Shown piece by piece: positions 7,088-14,785 of a DNA stretch of 17,219 nucleotides. Below the pieces are notes generated by a model. It searched no databases, was not told the origin of the DNA, and was given only the letters and a program-made list of their open reading frames with translations. The first letter of the stretch is position 1, and the number at the start of each line of letters is the position of its first letter. Source of the DNA: Armatimonadota bacterium (lineage in GTDB: Bacteria; Armatimonadota; Fimbriimonadia; Fimbriimonadales; GBS-DC); the NCBI GenBank assembly GCA_037445735.1, contig JBBIJY010000039.1, positions 1-17,219 of the forward strand. Reading direction: 5' to 3'. The position numbers and the translations under genes are program-made.

Positions 7088-9067
7088 ATGCGAACACGCC
7101 CGGAGCGGCGCCCGGTGCAGGTGCTGGACGAATCGGTGGTCAACCGCATCGCGGCGGGGGAGGTGGTGGAGCGCCCTGCGTCCGCTGTCAAGGAGCTGAT
7201 CGAAAACAGCCTCGACGCGGGCGCCCGCCGAATCGAGGTGGAGGTGGAGATGGGGGGACGCAGGCTCATTCGCGTGCGCGACGACGGCATCGGCATGACG
7301 CGCGCGGACGCCCTGCTCGCCCTGCAGCGCCACGCCACCTCCAAAATCCGAACCGATAGCGATTTGCTGCGCATTCAGACGATGGGCTTTCGGGGCGAGG
7401 CTCTGCCCAGCATCGCCGCTGTGAGCCGACTGGAGCTGATTACCCGCGCCTACGAGGAGGAGATTGGCACGCGGGTCGTCGCAACGGGCGGCGCGATCAC
7501 CACCGTTGAAGAGGTGGGCGCACCGATTGGCACCACCATCACCGTGCGCGACCTCTTTTTCAATGTGCCCGCCCGTCTCAAGTTCCTCAAAACCGTGCCC
7601 ACCGAGCTGGGGCACATTCTGGAGACCGTCACACGCTACGCCTTCGCCTTCCCTGATGTGTCGTTCCGACTGGTGCATGAGCGTCAGGAGCTGCTGTTCA
7701 CACCAGGCAATGGCGAGCGACTGGCGGCGGTCGCCGCTATCTGGGGACGCGATGTGGTGCGCGGCATGGTGGAGGTGAGCTACGAACGGGACGGCATCCA
7801 TGTGTACGGGCTGATTGCGCCGCCGCACCACACGCGCCCCACACGCCAGCACCAGTATTTTTATGTGAACCTGCGCCCCGTGCGCAATAAGACACTGACC
7901 GCCGCGCTCGATGAGGCGTACCGTACGCTCACACCCGAAAAGCGCTATCCCGCCTGCGTGCTGATGGTCGATCTGGACCCGCGTCAGGTGGATGTGAATG
8001 TGCATCCTGCCAAGATCGAGGTGAAGTTCCAGCGCGAGGGCGATGTGTTCGAGGCGGTGGTGCAGGCGATTCGCGCCGCATTACTGGAGCATGGAATGAT
8101 CCCGTCGGCGGTCGGTGGCGCGGCGGTGCCGCCAGCACGCCCCCATGTTTCCCAAACTCTCACCCCCAGCCCCTCGCCCGACGCTGCAGGCGAGGGGGGT
8201 ATGCCCCTCACCCCGACCCTCTCCCCTCCGGGGAGAGGGAGTTCGGAGGGTATTGCGCCAGTGGGAAGAGGAGGTGCCGAGCCGTATGTGCCCGATGTGG
8301 GCACGGTGCATCGGCTGCTGCTGCAGCGCGCGGGGCTGGCGCCGCAGGAAACCGCGCCACCAACCGAGCTATCTGAAGCCGAGCCAGCCGCACCTGCACC
8401 CGCAACCATCCAGCCAGAGACGCTGCTGGAGTTCGAACCCGCTGAAACTGCGCCGCTGGAGACCGCTCACCTGCCCTTCGCGCACCTGCTGGACGATTTG
8501 CGCATTCTGGGGCAGGTACAGAACACCTTCATCGTTGCCTCCACGCGCAGAGGGCTGGTGATTATCGACCAGCATGTGGCGCACGAGCGCGTGCTGTACG
8601 AGCAGTTCTGCGAGCAGCGCGGCGGCACACCCGTGCCACGCCAGCCCCTGCTGACGCCCGAGCCGCTCACGCTCGACCGACGCAGTGCGTTGCTCCTGCA
8701 GGAGCGACTGGATGAGCTGAATCGGCTGGGGTTCGAGCTGGAGCCGTTCGGCACCGACGCCTATCTGGTGCGCTCCATCCCCGCTGCACTGACGGGGCGC
8801 GACGCCATCAACACCCTGCGCGACATCATCGACGAACTGGTGGAGCTGTCGGTCGCGCGACGGCTGCCGCTGGCACGGGAGCAAATCTGGATTACCACCG
8901 CGTGCAAGCTGGCGGTCAAGGCGGGCGACCCGCTCAACCTGCCTGAAATGCAGAAGCTGATCGAAGACCTCGCCCGCACGCAGAACCCCTACCTGTGCCC
9001 GCACGGGCGACCCATCACCCTCACGCTCAGCTGGGACGAGCTGGAACGACGGTTCAAACGGAGTTGA
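7088..9067 (+). CDS. mutL: DNA mismatch repair endonuclease MutL
   Basis: IAAGEVVERPASAVKELIENSLDAGA, HATSKI, GFRGEAL, DVNVHPAKIEV; endonuclease motifs DQHVAHERVLYE, ACK and CPHGRP; clamp-binding-like QPLLTP. True start is ATG 7088; the track's extension from 6353 is antisense to the PQQ dehydrogenase. Confidence 0.97.
   Translation: MRTRPERRPVQVLDESVVNRIAAGEVVERPASAVKELIENSLDAGARRIEVEVEMGGRRLIRVRDDGIGMTRADALLALQRHATSKIRTDSDLLRIQTMGFRGEALPSIAAVSRLELITRAYEEEIGTRVVATGGAITTVEEVGAPIGTTITVRDLFFNVPARLKFLKTVPTELGHILETVTRYAFAFPDVSFRLVHERQELLFTPGNGERLAAVAAIWGRDVVRGMVEVSYERDGIHVYGLIAPPHHTRPTRQHQYFYVNLRPVRNKTLTAALDEAYRTLTPEKRYPACVLMVDLDPRQVDVNVHPAKIEVKFQREGDVFEAVVQAIRAALLEHGMIPSAVGGAAVPPARPHVSQTLTPSPSPDAAGEGGMPLTPTLSPPGRGSSEGIAPVGRGGAEPYVPDVGTVHRLLLQRAGLAPQETAPPTELSEAEPAAPAPATIQPETLLEFEPAETAPLETAHLPFAHLLDDLRILGQVQNTFIVASTRRGLVIIDQHVAHERVLYEQFCEQRGGTPVPRQPLLTPEPLTLDRRSALLLQERLDELNRLGFELEPFGTDAYLVRSIPAALTGRDAINTLRDIIDELVELSVARRLPLAREQIWITTACKLAVKAGDPLNLPEMQKLIEDLARTQNPYLCPHGRPITLTLSWDELERRFKRS
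8157..8239 (+). repeat. Two tandem REP-like palindromic elements inside the mutL linker
   Basis: CTCACCCCCAG-CCCCTCGCC(8170-8178)/GGCGAGGGG(8189-8197) and CTCACCCCGA-CCCTCTCCCC(8217-8226)/GGGGAGAGGG(8230-8239). They translate as TLTPSPSPDAAGEGG and PLTPTLSPPGRG. Confidence 0.8.
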
Positions 9068-9911
9068 AGCCGCCATCAACAGGTCGCAGGTCGCGAATCT
9101 GCACCAGCACGACGGTGATGTTGTCCCGTCCGCCTTCGGCTAAGGCGCGGTCGATGAGCGTCCAGGCGGCTTGCGTGGGCGGGCAGGTGCGCAGAATCTC
9201 CGCGATTTCGGAATCATCCAGCATATCGGTCAGACCGTCGGAGCAGAGCAGGAACAGGTCGCCCACCTGCAGGGGGAAAGTTTCGATATCGGCCTTGAGA
9301 CCGCCCCGCTCGCCCTCCACGCCGATTGCCTGCGTGATGACACTGCTATAGGGGTGATAGCGGGCGGCTTCGGGCGGCAACAGACCCTGACTGACCCACT
9401 CCTGCACCAGCGAGTGGTCGCGCGTGAGCAGTTGCAGTTCGCCCTCGCGCAGGCGATAGCAACGGCTGTCGCCCACATGCACCAGCATGCCCTCGTCCTG
9501 ACGGATAATGAGCGCGGTGAGCGTGGTGCCCATATCTTTGCGCGAGGGTATCGCCTGACCCATGCGCTGGATGTAGGTGTGGGCTTGCAGCACGGCGCGT
9601 TCGGCAGCCTGCTGGGGTGTGCCGTCGCTGTGATAGTAGTGGTACAGGAACAGTTTGCACGCCAGCTCGCTGGCAATCTGTCCCGCCTCGTGCCCGCCCA
9701 TGCCGTCGCACACCATATAGACGCTGCCGCGTGATGCCAGTCGCTCTGGCTCGTCGGGCTCGTAGAAGTCGAACTTATCCTCGTTGTTTTCGCGCACCTT
9801 GCCCATCTCGCTGCGGGCGACGAACTTCACGACGGGCAGCACGCGCAGCGGCTCCGCAGGCGCCGCCTGCAACTCCTCCACGCTCAATTCAGCCGTGATT
9901 TCCTCGTTCAT
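9054..9911 (-). CDS. PP2C-family Ser/Thr protein phosphatase (Stp1/PrpC-like)
   Basis: GKVRENNED, VCDGMGGH, MGTT, HVGDSRCY, LTRDHS, LLCSDGL, GGRDNITV. Start moved to ATG 9911, with a GGTACAAT -10 at 9950-9957. It overlaps the mutL 3' end convergently by 14 bp. Confidence 0.93.
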   Translation of the reverse strand: MNEEITAELSVEELQAAPAEPLRVLPVVKFVARSEMGKVRENNEDKFDFYEPDEPERLASRGSVYMVCDGMGGHEAGQIASELACKLFLYHYYHSDGTPQQAAERAVLQAHTYIQRMGQAIPSRKDMGTTLTALIIRQDEGMLVHVGDSRCYRLREGELQLLTRDHSLVQEWVSQGLLPPEAARYHPYSSVITQAIGVEGERGGLKADIETFPLQVGDLFLLCSDGLTDMLDDSEIAEILRTCPPTQAAWTLIDRALAEGGRDNITVVLVQIRDLRPVDGGFNSV

Positions 9912-10037
9912 CGCCGCACCGGACTGGCAGAGGTTGCCCTGCAGTCTGTATTGTACCTGAAACCCTCGCCGCCTTCCCCATCGGGGGAACAACCACCCGA
10001 CCATGGTGCCACAGTCGAAGCAGGCGCTGTGCAGGCG

Positions 10038-10049
10038 AGCGGGTATACT
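10038..10049 (+). promoter_or_regulatory. Putative -10 element AGCGGGTATACT
   Basis: Identical to the etfB element; lies 36 nt upstream of TTG 10086. Confidence 0.6.
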
Positions 10050-10085
10050 GCATGGCAACGCTATTCAGGTCAAGGAGGAGACAAA

Positions 10086-11168
10086 TTGGGCAAGATAGGC
10101 GTGGGCATCATCGGTTCCGGTGGTATTGCGCAGTCCCAGCATATGCCGGGCTATGCGCGACTGAGCGATCGGGTTCAGATTGTCGCGGTGGCGGACATTA
10201 ACGAGCAGAACGCGCAGGCTGCCGCTGCCAAGTTCAATGTGCCCTATGTGTACACCGACTATCGCGAGCTGCTCCAGCGCGACGATATTCAGGCGGTTAG
10301 CGTCTGCACGCCCAACTATTTACATAAGGAGGCGACGATTGCCGCGCTGGAGGCGGGCAAGCATGTGCTATGTGAGAAGCCGTTAGCCCGCAACGCGCGC
10401 GAGGCACGCGAAATGGTGCTCACAGCGCGGCGCACAGGCAAAATCCTGCAGGTCGCGCTCCAGTGGCGCTTCACGGGCGTCGCGCAGTTCCTGTACAAAT
10501 ACATCCAGCAGGAGGGCAATCTGGGCGAGATTTACTATGCGCGGGCGCACGCTCTGCGTCGGCGTGGCATCCCCGGCTGGGGCGTGTTCATCGATAAGGA
10601 GAAGCAGGGCGGCGGTCCGCTGATCGATATCGGCGTGCATATTCTGGATGCGACGCTGTGGCTGATGGGTTACCCGCGCCCCGTGTCGGCGTTCGGTGCA
10701 ACCTACACCAAGTTCGGCAATCGTGACGATGTGGTGGGGCTGATGGGACAGTGGGACCCCAAAAAGTTCACCGTTGAGGATTTTGCCGTCGGGCTTATCC
10801 GCTTCGAAAACGGCGCGACGCTCACCCTCGAATCGAGCTTCTGCGCCAATATTGAAGGCGATGAGTTCAACACGCTGATCCTGGGCGATCGGGGTGGCGT
10901 GTTCGCCAACCCGATTGGTCAGCCGCCGGTGAAAATCTTTACCGAACACAACCGCACGCTCTACAATATTGAGCCGGCGCACCTGCCGAGCATCAACTCC
11001 TATCACGCCGAGATCGAGGCGTTCATCGATGCCATCGAGCAGGGCAAGCCGTCGCCTGTGCCGGGTGAGCATGGATTCGTTCTGAACGCGATACTGGACG
11101 CCATCTATCAATCGTCGGAGACGGGGCACGAGGTCGCCATCGATACGGACCTGAGGGACGATGGGTGA
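10086..11168 (+). CDS. Gfo/Idh/MocA family NAD(P)-dependent oxidoreductase
   Basis: GIIGSGGIA Rossmann motif, KHVLCEKP, GGGPLIDIGVH. TTG start at 10086 follows an AGGAGG RBS (10073-10078). Confidence 0.93.
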   Translation: MGKIGVGIIGSGGIAQSQHMPGYARLSDRVQIVAVADINEQNAQAAAAKFNVPYVYTDYRELLQRDDIQAVSVCTPNYLHKEATIAALEAGKHVLCEKPLARNAREAREMVLTARRTGKILQVALQWRFTGVAQFLYKYIQQEGNLGEIYYARAHALRRRGIPGWGVFIDKEKQGGGPLIDIGVHILDATLWLMGYPRPVSAFGATYTKFGNRDDVVGLMGQWDPKKFTVEDFAVGLIRFENGATLTLESSFCANIEGDEFNTLILGDRGGVFANPIGQPPVKIFTEHNRTLYNIEPAHLPSINSYHAEIEAFIDAIEQGKPSPVPGEHGFVLNAILDAIYQSSETGHEVAIDTDLRDDG

Positions 11169-12409
11169 GTGACGACGCGCGGCGGATGCGGGCGTTCTGG
11201 GCGCTGGTGCTGATGGCGGGCTGCGCCGAGCTGGGCTATGTCACGCTCAACATCTCGGCGATGCCCGTCTATCTGCGCTACACCATCGGGTTGGGCGAGT
11301 CGACCGTGACGGCGGTCGGCTCGATCTTTTTATTGACGGAGGCGCTCTTTCGGGCGCCGATGGGCATGCTCAGCGATCGGTTCGGACGCCGCCGCCTGAT
11401 GCTGGTGGGACCGCTGATCACGACCTGCACCGCGCTCTGCACGGTGTGGGTAAAGCATCCCGTGTGGTTTCTGCTGTTGCGCGGGCTGGATGGGCTGGGC
11501 GCGGCGATGCTCTGGCCCGCTGCCTACGCCGCGATTGGCGATACGGTGCCCCCGGAGCGCCGCTCGTGGGCGATGAGCTTTTTGAATATGACCTACATGT
11601 CGGGCGTCGCGCTCGGTCCGCTGGCAGGCGGGCTGGCTAACGACCTCACGGGCAGTAAAACCGCCTCGTTCTATCTGGTCGCAGCGCTGTTTGCCATTGC
11701 GGCGTTCATTCTCTGGCGGTTTTATCCCTGCGATCGGCGCGGCAGCAGCCATTCGGAAGAGGCGCATCGCAGCGAAGTGTCGTTGCGGGCGTTCTTGAGC
11801 GCGGTGCGCCTGGTGCCCGGGCATCTCCTGCTGGCATTCGTGGTCTTCTTCGGCATCGGGCTGATCATGCTGCTGGTCAAGCTCTACGCGATGGAGGAGT
11901 TTCGGGTCAGTGAGACGGTGTTCGGGCTGGGGCTGGTATTCCCCGCGCTGCTGATCGGGGCGCTGAGTGTGCCGATTGGGCGCTGGTCGGATCGGATCGG
12001 GCATGGGCGCTCGGTTCAGCTGGGTCTGGCGGGCGGTGCGCTGGTGATGTGGCTGGTGGTGTTGCCCGCCCAGCCGAACCTGCTGCTGGTGCTGCTGGCG
12101 GCAGGCGCGGGTGCACTCAGCTTCGTGCTGGCACTGGCCGCATGGATGGCGGAGCTGAGCGAGGTCTATCCCGAACGGCGTGGCGTGATTCTGGGCGCAG
12201 CGGGCACCGCGCAGGGAATCGGCAGCATTCTGGGCGCCCTGCTCGGCGGTGTCCTTTACGAACACCTGAACCTGCGGCTGGGCGAGATCGTGATCCCCTC
12301 GCGCCGCGTGCCCTTCATCGGTTGCGCTCTCATGCTCACGCTCGGCGCTCTCATCAGCATGGTGGTTTTGCGGTCGCGCCCGCATGTCAGCCGCAGACCG
12401 CGCCGCTGA
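11165..12409 (+). CDS. MFS transporter (DHA1-like)
   Basis: About 12 TM helices, motif A GMLSDRFGRR and the repeat GRWSDRIGHG, LLRGLDGLG, GPLAGG. GTGA overlap with the upstream gene suggests translational coupling. Confidence 0.92.
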   Translation: MSDDARRMRAFWALVLMAGCAELGYVTLNISAMPVYLRYTIGLGESTVTAVGSIFLLTEALFRAPMGMLSDRFGRRRLMLVGPLITTCTALCTVWVKHPVWFLLLRGLDGLGAAMLWPAAYAAIGDTVPPERRSWAMSFLNMTYMSGVALGPLAGGLANDLTGSKTASFYLVAALFAIAAFILWRFYPCDRRGSSHSEEAHRSEVSLRAFLSAVRLVPGHLLLAFVVFFGIGLIMLLVKLYAMEEFRVSETVFGLGLVFPALLIGALSVPIGRWSDRIGHGRSVQLGLAGGALVMWLVVLPAQPNLLLVLLAAGAGALSFVLALAAWMAELSEVYPERRGVILGAAGTAQGIGSILGALLGGVLYEHLNLRLGEIVIPSRRVPFIGCALMLTLGALISMVVLRSRPHVSRRPRR

Positions 12410-12498
12410 ATCTCCTCAAAGCAGGAATCACCTGATATAGACACGGCATCTGCTCAACAGACAGGGCGTTAGAAGTGCCAGCACAACCCCCGGTAACA

Positions 12499-12600
12499 AA
12501 TCGGATCTCTCTGCAGCCAGCGGGCGGTGCAGGGGTCATACGCGCGAGCGCCGACATGGTACAACCCTGTCTCAGGTATCCATTCATACCCATACGCCCC
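12499..12600 (-). pseudogene. Truncated Rhs core remnant (34 codons)
   Basis: Hand translation GAYGYEWIPETGLYHVGARAYDPCTARWLQRDPI is near-identical to the Rhs cores at ~15460-15562 and ~17035-17136. It has no start, and homology ends before the DPxG motif (continues CYRGLCWHF*). Confidence 0.88.
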
Positions 12601-12627
12601 CTTGCGAGAAGAAGGCTTCCAACAGCC

Positions 12628-13491
12628 CTACGGCAGTTCAGGACGAGTCAGTAAGTGTTCCAAAGCCGCGGCAAAGGTGTCAAACACCGTACACGGCTCC
12701 GAATGCTCGTGATGCAAATACACAACACGCCCCGCCCGCTCGCCTTCGGCAACACCCAAAAAGCCACCACCCCGCTCCGCCAGAATGTAGTACGCCCCTG
12801 AAGACAGCCACACCTCCCGAACCTCCGAAAGCCCCAACACCACCGCGTCACCAATCTGAAAGCCTTCACAGACGCGAACCAGCTCCAGATAGTCCGCTGG
12901 CAAAGCAGCCTCTATCGCCTGCAGACGCCGCTGTTGCTCTTCATCAGAAAGCGGCGGCAGCATTCCCGCAATCGCCCACCGACGCCTCAGCGCGGTACAC
13001 CACGCAGGCAACGACTCCAGTAAATCCGTACCTGCCCCCTCCAGCGAAGGCAGCGGCTCATAGACAGGTTCCATCACATCGGTATGGAACACCACACGCT
13101 CGATGTGGACTTCGGTTTCACGCGCAATCCGCCTGTAGACTCTGCCGAAGGCGAGGGTGAATACTGTGCCTCTCACTAAATAGATGCGCATTTTCAGCCG
13201 TTCAGGTAGATGGGGCACGCGATAGTGAACGGTACACCACAGGGCTTCCAACCGCTGATTGGGGAAGCGCGGGGGCGGCTTGTGTTTGGGCGTGTAGAGG
13301 TTCACCTCGCCACTTTCTTTATCGCGGTAGATGCGATGGACTGCTTCTATCTGCTGTGAGAGAATGGCGCGGGGTTCCTCAGGCAGATGGTTTTGGAGCG
13401 CCTGAAACAGCGCACGCTCTACAGGAGCAAACGGAGAACGACGGCGCAGAACCTTGAATAAAGACCCCATTCCTCTAACCTCTTCACTCAT
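12628..13491 (-). CDS. Immunity protein with C-terminal SMI1/KNR4 (SUKH) domain and an unassigned N-terminal domain
   Basis: PPLSDEEQQRRLQAIEAALPADYLELVRVCEG...VVYLHHE...FDTFAAALE fits the SUKH pattern, and the gene lies within the Rhs array. An alternative start is ATG 13470. Confidence 0.75.
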   Translation of the reverse strand: MSEEVRGMGSLFKVLRRRSPFAPVERALFQALQNHLPEEPRAILSQQIEAVHRIYRDKESGEVNLYTPKHKPPPRFPNQRLEALWCTVHYRVPHLPERLKMRIYLVRGTVFTLAFGRVYRRIARETEVHIERVVFHTDVMEPVYEPLPSLEGAGTDLLESLPAWCTALRRRWAIAGMLPPLSDEEQQRRLQAIEAALPADYLELVRVCEGFQIGDAVVLGLSEVREVWLSSGAYYILAERGGGFLGVAEGERAGRVVYLHHEHSEPCTVFDTFAAALEHLLTRPELP

Positions 13492-13504
13492 AGTGAAGTG
13501 AGCG

Positions 13505-14767
13505 TCAAACCACCATCAACCCTTCAAACACGCAGCCTCGAACCTCCGCTTTCTCAAGGGCTTGCTTGAGACGCTTGCTAACAGCTATCAGCCCGGGGTC
13601 TTCCGCCGCCACAAACAGGTCGTGCCCCCTCACGCGGCTCCATACCAGAACAGGGCGATGCAAATCTAAGACCCTCTCAAAGTTCGGATCCCAGATCCCT
13701 ATTGTCCGCTCACGGCTCAGGCAAACCAGACGTACCTGATACACCGCTAAGTCGTAGTTGCCTATCTTCGCATTCGTTTCTGCGTCTCTCAGTTCTACCG
13801 GGACGTACCGTACCGGATCCGATAATCCCATCTGTTCCAGCAGATTGCGCACTTTGGGGGAGAGAAGGTTCGCTCCCCATGGGGTCCAAAAACAATCCGC
13901 CTCCGAATCACCCCGATAGACCCATGCGTAAAGCAACGGGAGCGCAGCAAGCTGTTCCATAGACATAGTGGATAGATCCCGCGTAAACTCTGTACGCTGT
14001 TGAGAGGAGGCGCTGGGCGTCAGCGCAAATTCGCTTACATAGTTCACCTCTTCGGGACCTCTCCAAGCAAAAAAGACCCAATCTTCTGCTTTCCGTTGCT
14101 CAAACCGAACTCGGAGAGGCGCCCAGCGGGAATCGGACAGCTCCGAAGATTCGCCTATCTCTGCCCAGTGCTTTCCCAGCAGCCTTCTGGCTTCGTTTTG
14201 GGACCAACCAGCAGCAGCGTGTCTCCAATAAAGGAGAGCCATAGACAGCTCCAGGCGTTCTATCCAGCCAAGGTACGCTCCGTATTGCGCCTCGAAATAT
14301 TGCAAGGCTTCGGCAATAGCAACTCGCTGGAGAGGGCTTAGAGACGAGAAGAGCTCCAGGCGTCCCCCTTGTAATACTGGGAGCCTTTCGAGTCGCCTCA
14401 TCAAATGGGCAATCTCCATTTCAGGGATTTTCTCTCCCTCCAGGTATCGTTCGGCTATCCAGGTAGCCCTGTCCAAAACTTCCGAATTCCGGTAATCATT
14501 GAAGGGGTTAAGCCACTCCAGAAAAGCGTCAGCTCCTCGCGAGTCCCAGATATAGGTATCAATCAGATTCTCAAGCACAAATGGAAGGTTTTCCATCTGT
14601 TCCTTCGAAGACAATACACTAAACCGCGACCTCAAAAAAACGGCATACTCGTGTAAATCTTCTAAATCGGACAGTGAACCCGTGCCTCGATAGCCGCCCC
14701 CGTCTGCTTCTGACTGAGGACGAAACCGATTCGGGAATGCGTGGTAGAGTAGCAATCGCCAGTTCAT
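13505..14767 (-). CDS. Two-domain putative immunity protein: N-terminal helical domain (DUF6714-like) plus C-terminal Imm11/DUF1629-like domain
   Basis: C-terminal LLSPKVRNLLEQ...VRYVPVEL...HDLF...IAVSKRLKQALEKAEVRGCVF resembles Imm11. The N-terminal part has LFSSLSPLQRVAIAEALQYF...ALLYW. It lies directly downstream of a toxin tip. Confidence 0.65.
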   Translation of the reverse strand: MNWRLLLYHAFPNRFRPQSEADGGGYRGTGSLSDLEDLHEYAVFLRSRFSVLSSKEQMENLPFVLENLIDTYIWDSRGADAFLEWLNPFNDYRNSEVLDRATWIAERYLEGEKIPEMEIAHLMRRLERLPVLQGGRLELFSSLSPLQRVAIAEALQYFEAQYGAYLGWIERLELSMALLYWRHAAAGWSQNEARRLLGKHWAEIGESSELSDSRWAPLRVRFEQRKAEDWVFFAWRGPEEVNYVSEFALTPSASSQQRTEFTRDLSTMSMEQLAALPLLYAWVYRGDSEADCFWTPWGANLLSPKVRNLLEQMGLSDPVRYVPVELRDAETNAKIGNYDLAVYQVRLVCLSRERTIGIWDPNFERVLDLHRPVLVWSRVRGHDLFVAAEDPGLIAVSKRLKQALEKAEVRGCVFEGLMVV

Positions 14768-14785
14768 TTTGAGATTCTACCCCGT

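Noticed and set aside
9054..9067. Convergent 14-bp overlap of mutL and the PP2C gene
   Set aside because: Short tail-to-tail overlaps are common in compact genomes, and nothing indicates a functional link.
11330..12385. 351-aa minus-strand ORF and other long antisense ORFs (e.g. 7064-8005, 8369-9079, 10383-11129)
   Set aside because: Typical high-GC shadow ORFs opposite well-supported genes, with no recognisable motifs.
12387..12593. 68-aa ORF MGMNGYLRQG... (and 15460-15666)
   Set aside because: Off-frame readings of the Rhs core DNA; the meaningful frame is GAYGYEWIP...RDPI.
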